A stretch of 64,000 nucleotides of DNA from a virus (Duplodnaviria > Heunggongvirae > Uroviricota > Caudoviricetes), in the IMG/VR virus record IMGVR_UViG_3300045988_147321. The stretch is one strand, 5' to 3'. A model generated the notes under the pieces. It saw nothing but the letters and a program-made list of their open reading frames with translations, had not been told where the DNA came from and ran no database searches. Position numbers and translations under genes: made by a program. Every line of letters starts with the position of its first letter. Position 1 is the stretch's first letter. This document shows positions 43,217 through 53,648 of this stretch, piece after piece.

Positions 43217-43879
43217 ATGCTCGCCTGGAGGCTGAATTTGCAGCTGAGAATGAACATACCACCCAGGGCGACTAGGACTGTTTTTTGTGTCGGTAGCGGT
43301 CCGTCACTCACTCGTGAGGACTGTGCTGCTATAGAAAAAACTGGCTGTTCAATCATCGCGGTTAACAATTCCTGGCAGATGTTCGATGACATTTATGCCT
43401 TATACGCCGGTGATTTGTCATGGTGGAAGCAATACGGATCCACCATACCGGGAGGGAAATTCCGCAAAGTGACAGCCAACCTGGCGGCGGCGAAATCATT
43501 TTCGTTGGAGTACAGGCGATATTGTGGACCGGCGGAAGGGGTAAATAGCGGCGCGCAGGCTATCAGTCTGGCTGCTGAATCAGGGGCTGAAGTAGTGGTA
43601 TTAGTCGGCTATGACTGTTCTCTGCAAAACGGCCTTCATTGGCATGGCGCGCACCCTCAAGCACTACGGAATCCAACGCAGGTGTCTATTTCAAAATGGC
43701 AACAGCAGTTCCTGGATACCCGCAAAAAACACGCAGATTTACATATTTTGAATGCAAGTAGGAGCAGTGCAATTCAATGTTTCCCAAGAATAAATTTAGA
43801 GGCAGTGATCGCGTTATTATCGTCGGCAGTGGCCCAAGCGCCGCAAGCTTTGTTGCGCCGCGTGGAGTGCCGATTATAG
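43217..43879 (+). CDS. nucleotide-binding enzyme, paralog 1 (GSGPS ... IAVN motif), 220 aa
   Basis: Shares GSGPS, IAVN and LVGVD/LVGYD motifs with the next ORF. Confidence 0.35.
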   Translation: MLAWRLNLQLRMNIPPRATRTVFCVGSGPSLTREDCAAIEKTGCSIIAVNNSWQMFDDIYALYAGDLSWWKQYGSTIPGGKFRKVTANLAAAKSFSLEYRRYCGPAEGVNSGAQAISLAAESGAEVVVLVGYDCSLQNGLHWHGAHPQALRNPTQVSISKWQQQFLDTRKKHADLHILNASRSSAIQCFPRINLEAVIALLSSAVAQAPQALLRRVECRL

Positions 43880-44403
43880 CGGTCAATGGGGCCATCGACT
43901 GGCTGAACCGCGCTTCTTATTTTTTCACACTTGATCCATCGCCAGACAATATGCGGCGCGTTGGTCGTGGCCGCCGTCGCCGTGGTGTTTGTTATTGCAT
44001 GGCACTACCCGATGTTAAAGAACGTGAAGTCAGAGACGGCGTTCTGTGCTTCCGTCGTGTGGCTGAACGCGGCATGGAGCCAAAAAATACGAATTCTCCC
44101 GAGTGGTGGGCGTGGCGCTGGTCCGCACATTTCGGCCTTTGCGAAGATGAGAATGAAATTGCCAGCGGCAATAGTGCATATGGTGCTCTGAACCTGGCTT
44201 TCCATATCGGATTCAAACATGTCGCCCTGGTGGGCGTTGACGCTACACAAGAACCACGCGTTCATTCCGGCGGCACGCCAAAAAATCTAAGTCACCTGCC
44301 TTTGTTATTCCAGTCTGCGCGTGAACAGATTGACGTTGTTTCATGCGGGAAAATGGGAGGTATTCCGCAGATGACTCTTAAAGAATGGCTGAAGAATACA
44401 TGA
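43777..44403 (+). CDS. nucleotide-binding enzyme, paralog 2, 208 aa
   Basis: Paralogous to the previous ORF; 103-nt frame-shifted overlap with it. Confidence 0.35.
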   Translation: MFPKNKFRGSDRVIIVGSGPSAASFVAPRGVPIIAVNGAIDWLNRASYFFTLDPSPDNMRRVGRGRRRRGVCYCMALPDVKEREVRDGVLCFRRVAERGMEPKNTNSPEWWAWRWSAHFGLCEDENEIASGNSAYGALNLAFHIGFKHVALVGVDATQEPRVHSGGTPKNLSHLPLLFQSAREQIDVVSCGKMGGIPQMTLKEWLKNT

Positions 44404-45077
44404 TGGCACCCACAATTTATCACCGTATCGACGGTACCAAATACAGGAATGTCTGGGTTGTTGGTGATCTGCATGGTTGCTACACCAGACTGATGTCCGA
44501 ACTCCATCGTGTGGATTTTGACCCGGCGCAGGATTTACTGATATCGGTCGGCGACCTTATCGATCGCGGTACTGAAAATGTCGAATGTCTGGAACTATTG
44601 CAGATGCCCTGGTTCAGGGCAGTGATGGGGAACCATGAGCGGTTGATGCTCGATGCGTTAAGTCCTGATGGCAACGTGAATAACTGGCTAATGAATGGTG
44701 GACAATGGTTCTTCATGTTGGACACTGATCAGGAAATATTAGCTAGGGCGCTGGTGGAGCTGGTAAGACGTCTGCCCTATATCATTGAGTTGAACACCGG
44801 GCAAGAAACTATCGTTATAGCCCATGCCGACTATCCGGATAATGAATATCAATTCGGTAAGGAGGTGCCGCTTTTCAACGTTGTCTGGGCGCGCGAGCGT
44901 ATCAGTGATTCGATGGATGATATTGGTGGCGAAATTTCGGGCGCAGATCGTTTTATCTTTGGTCACACTCCGGTGAAAAGCCCGAAGACATTCTGGAATC
45001 AGCAGTATATCGACACTGGTGCCGTATTTTGCGGAAACCTGACATTGATGAAAGTGAAAGGTGATGGTGCAGCATGA
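44385..45077 (+). CDS. Ser/Thr protein phosphatase, lambda-PPase/calcineurin-like, 230 aa
   Basis: GDLHGC, GDLIDRG and GNHE metallophosphatase motifs. Confidence 0.7.
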   Translation: MAEEYMMAPTIYHRIDGTKYRNVWVVGDLHGCYTRLMSELHRVDFDPAQDLLISVGDLIDRGTENVECLELLQMPWFRAVMGNHERLMLDALSPDGNVNNWLMNGGQWFFMLDTDQEILARALVELVRRLPYIIELNTGQETIVIAHADYPDNEYQFGKEVPLFNVVWARERISDSMDDIGGEISGADRFIFGHTPVKSPKTFWNQQYIDTGAVFCGNLTLMKVKGDGAA

Positions 45078-45775
45078 AGATTGCTTTAGTTTTTCGCTCT
45101 GGTGGTGACTATAACGCTTCCGATGTGCAGTGGCTGGTTAATCAACTGCCAAAAGGCTATGAAATTATTTGCCTGACAGACCTGAAGCGTTTACATGTAC
45201 CTGGCGTCAAAGTTGTCCCATTGATCAACCAGTGGCAAAAGTGCCGTGGTTGGTGGGCGAAAATAGAGTTGTTCCGACCGGATATAACCGATGATCTGTT
45301 CTATCTGGATTTGGACACGGTTATTGCCGGTGATATACGCCCAATTCTAGAGCATCCACCAACCAGCTTCACCATGCTTAGGGATTTTTACCATCCACAA
45401 TATCGTGGCAGCGGTGCCCTGTGGATACCAAATAGTGTTAAAGCGCATATCTGGAGTTCATTCTGGCAAGATCCGGAAGGTTGGATTTCTCGTTGTGTCA
45501 CTACTGAGTGCTGGGGTGACCAGGGGTTCTTACGAAAGGTTATGGGCGATGATACACCAGCATTTCAGGATCTGTATCCAGGATGGTTTGTAAGTTACAA
45601 GGCCGATGTTGTGGAACCTGGTTCAAAATATGCGAGCGCGCGTTACTCCAGGGGGAATGGGGCATTACCAAAAGACTGCCGAATAATCTTTTTCCACGGC
45701 AAACCGCGACCTCGCGAAGTGTCAGAGGATTGGCTTCCCCTTATCAGCTCATTTTTTGAGCGAGAATCAGAATAA
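45074..45775 (+). CDS. putative glycosyltransferase-like protein (DxD motif), 233 aa
   Basis: YLDLDTV motif; weak assignment. Confidence 0.3.
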   Translation: MKIALVFRSGGDYNASDVQWLVNQLPKGYEIICLTDLKRLHVPGVKVVPLINQWQKCRGWWAKIELFRPDITDDLFYLDLDTVIAGDIRPILEHPPTSFTMLRDFYHPQYRGSGALWIPNSVKAHIWSSFWQDPEGWISRCVTTECWGDQGFLRKVMGDDTPAFQDLYPGWFVSYKADVVEPGSKYASARYSRGNGALPKDCRIIFFHGKPRPREVSEDWLPLISSFFERESE

Positions 45776-45776
45776 T

Positions 45777-45793
45777 ATTGCTCTAATAATTCC
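45777..45793 (+). promoter_or_regulatory. C1-operator-like site (ATTGCTCTAATAATTCC)
   Basis: 13-nt core conserved; paired with an inverted copy at 45826-45842. Confidence 0.45.
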
Positions 45794-45801
45794 ATATTTT
45801 T

Positions 45802-45831
45802 AAAACGTGATGTACACTCATCACGTTTTTT
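45802..45831. terminator. bidirectional intrinsic terminator (11-bp perfect stem AAAACGTGATG / CATCACGTTTT)
   Basis: Perfect inverted repeat with a 6-nt loop flanked by A- and T-runs. Confidence 0.5.
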
Positions 45832-45842
45832 ATTAGAGCAAT
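45826..45842 (-). promoter_or_regulatory. C1-operator-like site, inverted copy
   Basis: TTATTAGAGCAAT core. Confidence 0.45.
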
Positions 45843-45856
45843 CTACAAGGTGCACT

Positions 45857-46075
45857 ATGTGGCCATTCCGACGGAAATATCACTACTGGCTGATCGCCTT
45901 TGTTACGCCGACCGGCGGTATCAGGCATGTCATCACCAGGTATCGCAACAAGAGACTCACCTTAGCCAGAATTTTACAGGCTGCCATAGGTGAGGGACTG
46001 GATACAAATTGCGTAGTCCTTCCTCCTTCATACTTAGGAAAAATGACCGAAGCACAAGCTAATACGGAACTTTGA
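45857..46075 (+). CDS. hypothetical protein, 72 aa
   Basis: ORF track. Confidence 0.3.
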   Translation: MWPFRRKYHYWLIAFVTPTGGIRHVITRYRNKRLTLARILQAAIGEGLDTNCVVLPPSYLGKMTEAQANTEL

Positions 46076-46076
46076 A

Positions 46077-47339
46077 ATGATCACTTCAGCACAAAACCAA
46101 TCAATCGAAAATGTATCTATCCCTGACGTCCTGAATGCCGGTATCCCGGCCATTATCCAGAACATCCGGGCCGCGCAACGCCGCGTTAGTTGTGATGACC
46201 TCACAGCGCGTTTTTTTGATAATGCGGTTCAGTCAGCGGAGATGCTTCACGCACAGCTTATTGATGTTTATAACGCAGAAGCTGATAGCCATAACTCCCT
46301 GGTAGATGCAGCTGAAAATATGCAGTTGGATCTCGGTCTGAAGGGTAAAGAAATTGAAGAGCTTCAGCTGGAAATTGAACATTTGAAACGCCAGCAACAG
46401 GACGCGATCGACGATGCGACGCATGACGCCAACCAGCGTGCTGATAATGCCGAACGTATAAGCATTGAGCTGGAAACAAAACTCAATGAAATGACCGCAA
46501 TGGTTGAACTGCGGAACTCACAGATTTCAACGCTAAAATCTCAATATAAAGAGATCATGAAACTTGATCCTTTTAACCTTGAGAAACGCTATAACAAAGC
46601 TAAAAGCGAGCGACAGGAACTGCGTAAGCAGGTCGCCGACCTTAACCAACAGCTCAAAAAAACTATTAAAGATGCAAGCGAGGCGCGCGTGGCATTTGCT
46701 AATAAAAAAGCAGAGGTTACCGCGCTGGTTAATGAGAATGCCAAATTTGCGACGCTCAAGAAGGAAATGTATGGCATTACTGAGCGCCGTTTCCCTGCAA
46801 GCAAACTTCATCCGACGTTAGGGCAAATCTCCTTCTTCCCGCGCCTCCTGGCTTATGGGATCTCATCGCCTAAAGAGTTCAATAACGAGCGTCCTTATAT
46901 CGTTTCTAAGCTGGACTTTGCTTATCAGTTCTGCTGCGACATGGGCTATGCCATTGATATCCGGATCAACGAATGGTTGATGCCAAACTTCCAGCCGTTG
47001 GCCATTTTCCGCGAGTTCCAGCCGGAAGGTTGGGTAGAGTTCTTCCATGAATTGATCTGTAAAGAGATGGAAAGCCGCCGCCCGGAACTGGTCCGTCGAG
47101 TTGAGTGGGCGCAAGAGGTTATGTTGGCAGAGGCAGAGCTGCCGTTCGAACCGGAATTTATTGATGATCTGGCAGCTAAAGGGCTGCATACCCTGTTTGA
47201 TGTGGTTACCCGCCGTCATGAGCAGTTGGTTGTCGAATTGGGTTTAGAGGAAACAGCGGCAAGAAGACTTCTCGATGTTTGCTATGCACGTAGCGATGCA
47301 TGGGAAAAAGAGAACGGCGGCACTATTTACGTTCGCTGA
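46077..47339 (+). CDS. coiled-coil protein, 420 aa
   Basis: Long charged heptad-like N-terminal half. Confidence 0.35.
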   Translation: MITSAQNQSIENVSIPDVLNAGIPAIIQNIRAAQRRVSCDDLTARFFDNAVQSAEMLHAQLIDVYNAEADSHNSLVDAAENMQLDLGLKGKEIEELQLEIEHLKRQQQDAIDDATHDANQRADNAERISIELETKLNEMTAMVELRNSQISTLKSQYKEIMKLDPFNLEKRYNKAKSERQELRKQVADLNQQLKKTIKDASEARVAFANKKAEVTALVNENAKFATLKKEMYGITERRFPASKLHPTLGQISFFPRLLAYGISSPKEFNNERPYIVSKLDFAYQFCCDMGYAIDIRINEWLMPNFQPLAIFREFQPEGWVEFFHELICKEMESRRPELVRRVEWAQEVMLAEAELPFEPEFIDDLAAKGLHTLFDVVTRRHEQLVVELGLEETAARRLLDVCYARSDAWEKENGGTIYVR

Positions 47340-47360
47340 CAGTTACAGTGTCACTTTTAA

Positions 47361-47392
47361 TGCTGGTGGAGTGCGCCCACCAGCATTTTTTT
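47361..47392 (+). terminator. intrinsic terminator (GCTGGTGG ... CCACCAGC plus T7)
   Basis: Stem-loop followed by TTTTTTT. Confidence 0.55.
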
Positions 47393-47411
47393 CGTCCAAT
47401 GAGGAGGGCAT

Positions 47412-47918
47412 TTGAGTATTTTCAATAAACACGCACACCAGGAACGTCCGTATATCGTCATAGTTGATATTGATGGAACAATATCAGAGGCAACGGAAGA
47501 CAGGCTGCATTTACTTCCACCACTTGGCAAAGGTGCATTAACAGAGCACTGGAACGAGTTTAACCTTGCCTGTGACACTGATGCTCCCATCACTCCAGTT
47601 ATTGATATGGTGCGCCAGTTGTCCAGCATTTACACGCTCTGGTTTGTAACCGGGCGCTGTGAGATAGCCAGGGATAAAACACGAGCTTGGTTGCGTAAGC
47701 ACGTAACAAATGGGGCTGAGCCTTTGCTATCTATGCGTCCTGCCACCGATGACAGAAATGACGGCCCTGCAAAGATTGATCTCCTGAAGAAAATTGGTCT
47801 AAGTAAAATTGCGTTCGCGCTGGAAGATAAGATTGAAGTGGCGCGTGTTTTCAGGAGTCACGGCGTACTTACGTTAATGGTCAGGGAATATGAAAATGCG
47901 CTTCTTCACCAACAATAA
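47412..47918 (+). CDS. HAD-like phosphatase (DxDGT motif), 168 aa, TTG start
   Basis: VIVDIDGTIS motif I. Confidence 0.4.
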   Translation: MSIFNKHAHQERPYIVIVDIDGTISEATEDRLHLLPPLGKGALTEHWNEFNLACDTDAPITPVIDMVRQLSSIYTLWFVTGRCEIARDKTRAWLRKHVTNGAEPLLSMRPATDDRNDGPAKIDLLKKIGLSKIAFALEDKIEVARVFRSHGVLTLMVREYENALLHQQ

Positions 47919-47934
47919 TTGCTCTAATAAATCT
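47918..47934 (+). promoter_or_regulatory. C1 repressor operator (ATTGCTCTAATAAATCT)
   Basis: 1 mismatch to consensus. Confidence 0.55.
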
Positions 47935-48112
47935 TGATTTTTAAAACAGAGAAAGTGAAAATAAAAACATGCCGCAAGGCGCGGCATGTATCCAATCAAT
48001 CACAGGAGCTGAAAATATGAACACGGCATTCAAAATCATTATGGCCGCGATCTATTTCTGGCTGTTCTCTATCACTTTTGGCGGCATCGTCGCGCATGGG
48101 TAAGGGGGATGC

Positions 48113-48805
48113 ATGAAAGGCGAAGTGAAAGAGCGCGGCATGATTTTCAACGATGAGATGGTCCGGGCCATCCTCGAAGGAAGGAAGACGCAGACTCGCC
48201 GACCTGTAAAAAATGTCAGGGCCGATAACTGCCTGGTTATCCGTAAACCGACAAAGAAACGCAATGGTGTCTATACCCACGTTATGGATGCACCGGAACA
48301 TGGTTTATGCCCGTTCGGTAACGTTGGTGATCGTATATGGGTCCGTGAAGCGTGGGCGATATTAGGCAATGAGGATGGTTGCAGTGTGGACTGGAACGAC
48401 AACCTTTGTCGTGACGATGAGAAGAACGCAGCAAGGATTTATCGGGCCAGTTGTGAGCAAAAGCCTGGTGATTACGGTTTATGGTCGATACCCGATGATG
48501 CCGACTGGAAACCTCACACTGTGAATGAAAAGTATGAAGGAGGGTGGTGTCCATCAATTCACATGCCGCGATGGGCATCGCGCATTTTGCTGGAAATTAC
48601 CGACGTGCGTGTGGAACGGCTGCGTGATATGAGCGAGGCAGATGCTAAAGCAGAAGGCGCATCTCCGGCGATGTACAAAATTACGCCGCCGGAAGCTGTT
48701 TATCGCGTTGGTTTTGGTGATATCTGGCGCAGTATTTACGGGCAGGATAACTGGCTATCTAACCCGTGGGTATGGGTAATCGAGTTTAAGCGCGTTCAGG
48801 AATAA
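48113..48805 (+). CDS. hypothetical protein, 230 aa
   Basis: ORF track. Confidence 0.35.
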   Translation: MKGEVKERGMIFNDEMVRAILEGRKTQTRRPVKNVRADNCLVIRKPTKKRNGVYTHVMDAPEHGLCPFGNVGDRIWVREAWAILGNEDGCSVDWNDNLCRDDEKNAARIYRASCEQKPGDYGLWSIPDDADWKPHTVNEKYEGGWCPSIHMPRWASRILLEITDVRVERLRDMSEADAKAEGASPAMYKITPPEAVYRVGFGDIWRSIYGQDNWLSNPWVWVIEFKRVQE

Positions 48806-48808
48806 ACC

Positions 48809-49687
48809 GTGAGTATGCATCAAGTCGTCAGCTTTTCAGGTGGACGAACATCGGCTTATCTCGTTCATCTGATGGAAGCACAGCGAAAAGCTGGCGCTAG
48901 CGTCCATTTCATTTTTATGGATACCGGCTGTGAACATCCTCTGACGTATCGCTTTATTCGTGAGGTTGTGAAGTTCTGGAATGTACCGCTAACGGTGTTG
49001 CAGGTCGATATAAATCCAGAACTTGGGCAGCCAAATGGTTATACGGAATGGGAACCAAAGGATATTCAGACGCGAATGCCGGTGCTTAAACCGTTTATGG
49101 ACATGGTTAAAAAGTACGGTACGCCATACATCGGCGGCGCGTTCTGTACTGACAGGCTAAAACTCACCCCTTTCACGAAATATTGCGATGACCATTTTGG
49201 GCGAGGGAATTACATCACATGGCTGGGTATTCGTGCGGACGAACACCGTAGGCTGAAACCGAAACCGGGCGTCCGGTATCTTGCAGAGCTGTCAGATTTT
49301 GATAAGTCGGATGTTATCCGGTGGTGGCGAAAACAACCTTTTGATTTGCAAATCCCGGAGCACCTCGGGAACTGTGTTTTTTGCATCAAAAAGTCAACGC
49401 AAAAGCTGGGGCTTGCATGTAAAGACGAACCTGGTCTGATGCGGGTTTTTAATGAACTGGTTACAGGCAAACACGTCAGAGATGGTCATCGCAGAACAGG
49501 TAAAGACGTTATGTACCGTGGCCACCTGACGCTTGACGGGATTGCCAGAATGTATGCCGACAGTGACTACAGAAATTTGTATCAGGCGATGGTGCTGGCC
49601 AAGCGGTTTGATACTGGTTCGTGTTCCGAATCATGTGAAATCTGGGGTGACCAATTGGAGTTGAAATTCGAAGAGGTAGTGGAATGA
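48809..49687 (+). CDS. PAPS-reductase-like PP-loop protein, 292 aa
   Basis: N-terminal SFSGGRTSAYL PP-loop motif. Confidence 0.55.
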   Translation: MSMHQVVSFSGGRTSAYLVHLMEAQRKAGASVHFIFMDTGCEHPLTYRFIREVVKFWNVPLTVLQVDINPELGQPNGYTEWEPKDIQTRMPVLKPFMDMVKKYGTPYIGGAFCTDRLKLTPFTKYCDDHFGRGNYITWLGIRADEHRRLKPKPGVRYLAELSDFDKSDVIRWWRKQPFDLQIPEHLGNCVFCIKKSTQKLGLACKDEPGLMRVFNELVTGKHVRDGHRRTGKDVMYRGHLTLDGIARMYADSDYRNLYQAMVLAKRFDTGSCSESCEIWGDQLELKFEEVVE

Positions 49688-49887
49688 CAATCGTAAAAAC
49701 CCATACCGGTACCGTGATCACCAAAGATGGCCCGAAGGTAAAAAAACTGCACCAAACAGAGCGGATGTGGGTCGTCGGCAAAAACGAGTTTTACCACAAA
49801 GAAACTGGACGCCGCCATTTTGCAGAAAATACGCGCCGCCGACTGCTGTTAGACACCATCAAGCCTATCGAGGTGAAGCATGTTTAA
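49684..49887 (+). CDS. hypothetical protein, 67 aa
   Basis: ORF track; overlapping stop/start. Confidence 0.3.
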   Translation: MTIVKTHTGTVITKDGPKVKKLHQTERMWVVGKNEFYHKETGRRHFAENTRRRLLLDTIKPIEVKHV

Positions 49888-50079
49888 ACAGAACGAAAAA
49901 GCTATCGCTCAAATTGCTGATTATATCCCGCGTGCGTGCCGGGGTATGCAGTTGCAGGAAGCCAAAGCGCGCCTGGAGAAAAAAATTGCGCTCTATATTG
50001 ATGACGGCTGTGATGCCGCCGTTCTTAACGCGGCGTTCGCACCAGCTCTTAACTGTCACACTCGGGAGTCTTTTTTTTC

Positions 50080-50748
50080 ATGCATCGCAGCGCAACTCCG
50101 CCAAGGAGGCAACCAGTGAGCAAGATTGACTATCAGGCACTGCGTGAGGCGGCGGAACGTGCAATTCCAGCAATGGAACGCCTGTTAATGTTGCCAGCTG
50201 ATGATGATTTGTTAAGTGAACAGGAACTTAAAGATTACGGTGTGGATATTGATGCGCTCAACGCCTTCAAATTTCTGGCCGGACCAGAAACCGTGCTGGC
50301 ACTACTGGATGAACGGGAAAGAAACCAGCAATACATCAAACGCCGTGACCAGGAGAACGAGGATATTGCGCTAACGGTAGGGAAGCTGAGAGTTGAGCTT
50401 GAGGAAGCAAAATCAAAACTCAACGAGCAGCGTGAGTATTACGAAGGTGTTATCTCGGATGGAAGTAAGCGCATAGCAGAACTGGAAGCGCGGGAAATAA
50501 AACCAGCCAAAGGTGAAGTTCTGGTCGTTGTATCTGGTTTTACTGGTTGCGGAAAAAGCGCCATTGCCGGGGAAATAGAAATCGCGATGAAGGCTATTGG
50601 TGTACCGGTTAAGTGGACTAATGGCGATGCAGAAAAGCGCATGACTGGCGCTGACTGGCTGACTGCGATTGAGATGTACAAACCAACTGTGCGCATCGTG
50701 GAAGTTAATGTGCCACGCGCCGCTGGCATTCGCATCAAAGGAGAGTGA
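50080..50748 (+). CDS. P-loop NTPase with N-terminal coiled coil, 222 aa
   Basis: SGFTGCGKSAIAGEI Walker A. Confidence 0.4.
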   Translation: MHRSATPPRRQPVSKIDYQALREAAERAIPAMERLLMLPADDDLLSEQELKDYGVDIDALNAFKFLAGPETVLALLDERERNQQYIKRRDQENEDIALTVGKLRVELEEAKSKLNEQREYYEGVISDGSKRIAELEAREIKPAKGEVLVVVSGFTGCGKSAIAGEIEIAMKAIGVPVKWTNGDAEKRMTGADWLTAIEMYKPTVRIVEVNVPRAAGIRIKGE

Positions 50749-50749
50749 T

Positions 50750-51265
50750 ATGGCGTTAACACACCGCGAACTCTGTCAGATTGCGTACAAGTTCCTTAAG
50801 CGCAACGGGTTCAAGGTTTGTTTTCATGACCGCTTTATAGCTGTAACCAGTACCGGAGAACAGCCAGATGCTATGGGATTCAGAAATTCAGCATCATGCC
50901 TGATAGAGGCGAAGTGTTCTCGTGCTGATTTGTTGGCAGATAGAAAAAAGCGTTTCCGTAAAAATCCCTCACTTGGCATGGGCGACTGGCGATTCTTTAT
51001 TAGTGAGCCGGGAATTATTTCAGTTGAGGATTTACCTCCCGGCTGGGGATTACTTCACGTTGTTAACGGAAGAGTACGGAAAGTACATGGATGGCCCAAG
51101 GGGAATTGCTGTTGGGGTAACCCTGAAGATAAACCTTTTATTGGGAATAAGCAGGTTGAATGCGATTACATGTTATCTGCATTAAGGCGCATGGAGTTGA
51201 GAGGGCACCTTAATGAAATATATGACGGTGTAATTGTTAATAAGAAAGAAGGAAACGCGGCATGA
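50750..51265 (+). CDS. PD-(D/E)xK nuclease-like protein, 171 aa from internal ATG
   Basis: GEQPDAMGF ... LIEAKC motif; ATG at 50750 with SD AAAGGAGAG. Confidence 0.4.
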   Translation: MALTHRELCQIAYKFLKRNGFKVCFHDRFIAVTSTGEQPDAMGFRNSASCLIEAKCSRADLLADRKKRFRKNPSLGMGDWRFFISEPGIISVEDLPPGWGLLHVVNGRVRKVHGWPKGNCCWGNPEDKPFIGNKQVECDYMLSALRRMELRGHLNEIYDGVIVNKKEGNAA

Positions 51266-52479
51266 TCACTATTACCAAAGAGCGACTACTGACAATCAAG
51301 CAGTGGCGCGAAACATACGGACCTGGTAGCAACGTTGTACTGCCAGCAGAAGAAGCGGAAGAACTGGCACGAATTGCTCTGGCATCGCTGGAAGCAAAAC
51401 CAATAGGTGCATTCCACATTGCAGAACAGCAAGTTGACGGCACAAGTGACTACCTCAAGGATGGAGAATGGCCTATTGATAATGGAATTATTGAGGTCTA
51501 CGCCGCTCCCCCCGTTCCAGTAGTACCGGAAGAAAAACCAATGCCTAATCCTCTTAGCATGTACGCGGTTGATGCTGTTGCCGCTATTGCAGAGGTGAGA
51601 GGCTGGAACGCCTGCCGCGCCGCCATGCTTCAGTCCGGAAACTTTCGGGAAAACAAGAATTCGTCAACCAATAATTTTCGGGAAATCGCGGAAACGTCAA
51701 CCAACTATCCGGTAATTCCTAGTGAGGTGTTGTCCGCAATCCTGAAGGTTGCCAAGATTCGTGCCGATTTCGATGATTTTGACGGTGACAGGCGAGGTAT
51801 CGGTGATTGTCTGGATGAGGCTGAGCAAGAGCTTATCGTTACCATTAACAAATATGCCAGTCAGTTGGCAGCAGAACCGATAGCGACTAATGACGTTCGA
51901 GAGCAAACAGCCGTTCCGCCAGTTCCTGTAATACAGGCTGATGTCGCGCAGGCAATTGAAAAACTCAAACGGAAATTAGTGGAATGCAATCGCTATAACT
52001 ACTGCGCAGATGCAGTTAAGGGCGTTGAGTATGCCTGCCACGCTGCCATGCTTCAGGGTAGCCAACCTGTAAGCCAAACTTACAAGTTTCCAGTTAATAC
52101 ACCTTGCCAGGATGCGCCAGCCCATATCTGGCTGCAAACAGCTGGAGTATGGCCAGAAGATGGCGAGTTAAGCGAATTAACATGGTGCAGCCACAATCAG
52201 CACCATGATGACACGCTATATGTTCGAGCTGACTTGGTAAATGGCAATTCTCCGGTAACTCCGGATGGTTGGATAAGCTGTAGTGAGCGAATGCCGAATA
52301 CCAAAACAGCCGTTCTTGTTGCCGTGGAGTTTGACAGGAAAGGTGACTGGCGAATGAAATGGGCTACTTACATCCCGGGGCATCCTGACGCTAATGATGG
52401 GTGGATAATTCCTGGTGCGTCGTGGAAACCGTCACACTGGATGCCGCTACCAGAACCGCCGCAGGAGGTGAATCAATGA
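51262..52479 (+). CDS. hypothetical protein with DUF551-like C-terminal domain, 405 aa
   Basis: C-terminal WISCSERMP ... HWMPLPEPP pattern. Confidence 0.35.
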   Translation: MITITKERLLTIKQWRETYGPGSNVVLPAEEAEELARIALASLEAKPIGAFHIAEQQVDGTSDYLKDGEWPIDNGIIEVYAAPPVPVVPEEKPMPNPLSMYAVDAVAAIAEVRGWNACRAAMLQSGNFRENKNSSTNNFREIAETSTNYPVIPSEVLSAILKVAKIRADFDDFDGDRRGIGDCLDEAEQELIVTINKYASQLAAEPIATNDVREQTAVPPVPVIQADVAQAIEKLKRKLVECNRYNYCADAVKGVEYACHAAMLQGSQPVSQTYKFPVNTPCQDAPAHIWLQTAGVWPEDGELSELTWCSHNQHHDDTLYVRADLVNGNSPVTPDGWISCSERMPNTKTAVLVAVEFDRKGDWRMKWATYIPGHPDANDGWIIPGASWKPSHWMPLPEPPQEVNQ

Positions 52480-52543
52480 GCTGGCCTGAAGCATTCACCA
52501 CGGTAGGAATTGTGATGGCGGCAGCACTGGGTTTGTATTCAAT

Positions 52544-52795
52544 TTGTCGCTGGTGGTAACGATGGGAAAAATAACTTTTGTAGTCGAATTTGAGGATGGT
52601 AAAGAGCCACCTGTTAGCGCCAATCTTGATGTTGCTGGTGGCAGGCTTGTTTCGGTTCTATTTGGTGACTACCGAGATGACTTCTTCCAACCAGAAGAAG
52701 TTGATGTAGTGCGAGAGGCATTAAACGAGTTAAGTGTTGATAACGATGATGCTCATGCGGAAATCATCCAAAAAATGGAACTGCTAACTCACTAA
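52544..52795 (+). CDS. hypothetical protein, 83 aa
   Basis: ORF track. Confidence 0.3.
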   Translation: MSLVVTMGKITFVVEFEDGKEPPVSANLDVAGGRLVSVLFGDYRDDFFQPEEVDVVREALNELSVDNDDAHAEIIQKMELLTH

Positions 52796-52877
52796 ATTAT
52801 CAATTATGGTGCTATCACCTACGACACCGAGAGAAAATTTATAATGTCAAAAGTAAATGTTTTGATTTTTTCAGCAA

Positions 52878-53267
52878 TTGTTGGCTTTGGTTTTACTGCC
52901 GGAGTGCAGATTTATATTACGTGGGAAAAAATCATCAACTACGCATGGAGTTGTTTTATTAAGTGAGGTAAGTATGTGGAGAGGTAATAGTCATGGCAAA
53001 AGCCAGATGATACTTACCGAATATAAGCTAGACCACAAAACCAATAAATCACGTTCAGTATATTTGCTCCGGCACAATAGCCGCGTAAGAAATACCGTGC
53101 TGGAACAAAATCTGACAGTTGAAATGGATAATTACGGGGGATTCAAGCCAACAATTTCACTTGATGATTTTCCTCGTGGTTTAAGCGAAAGAGAAGCAAT
53201 GCTGAAATTAGCAGAATGGCTACAAAGATTAAGCATTGTTATTGAAGATAACTGGTCTGAACCTTAA
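52878..53267 (+). CDS. hypothetical protein, 129 aa
   Basis: ORF track. Confidence 0.3.
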   Translation: MLALVLLPECRFILRGKKSSTTHGVVLLSEVSMWRGNSHGKSQMILTEYKLDHKTNKSRSVYLLRHNSRVRNTVLEQNLTVEMDNYGGFKPTISLDDFPRGLSEREAMLKLAEWLQRLSIVIEDNWSEP

Positions 53268-53273
53268 ATTTAT

Positions 53274-53648
53274 ATGATGACACTAAAACATTTTCTTGAC
53301 CGCCCATTATGGGCGGCAGCCGCAGGCTATGACTTTAATTATATGGATTGCATGTCTTATACCGCCAATGCATACGACTATTCCTTCAGTCTGCTGCTTA
53401 ATTCTTTAAGAATATTGCCGCAAACAGAAGTTGGAGAGATTCATTTATGGCTATTGGGCTTTATCGCGGCTGGAGTTGGTATTGCTGTATGGCCTTTTAT
53501 TTTCTGGCTGGTGGCTGTTGTAGTGTGGTTTAAGTGCAAGACGTACCGGAGAAAGTATTTCTTAGGTGATGGAATGACTGATATTGCCAAAATGAACATT
53601 GAAAAATGGACTAAGGAATGTGAAAAGAAATGGCGCAAAAAGAAATGA
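53274..53648 (+). CDS. membrane protein, 124 aa
   Basis: Hydrophobic segment WLLGFIAAGVGIAVWPFIFWLVAVVVWF. Confidence 0.35.
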   Translation: MMTLKHFLDRPLWAAAAGYDFNYMDCMSYTANAYDYSFSLLLNSLRILPQTEVGEIHLWLLGFIAAGVGIAVWPFIFWLVAVVVWFKCKTYRRKYFLGDGMTDIAKMNIEKWTKECEKKWRKKK

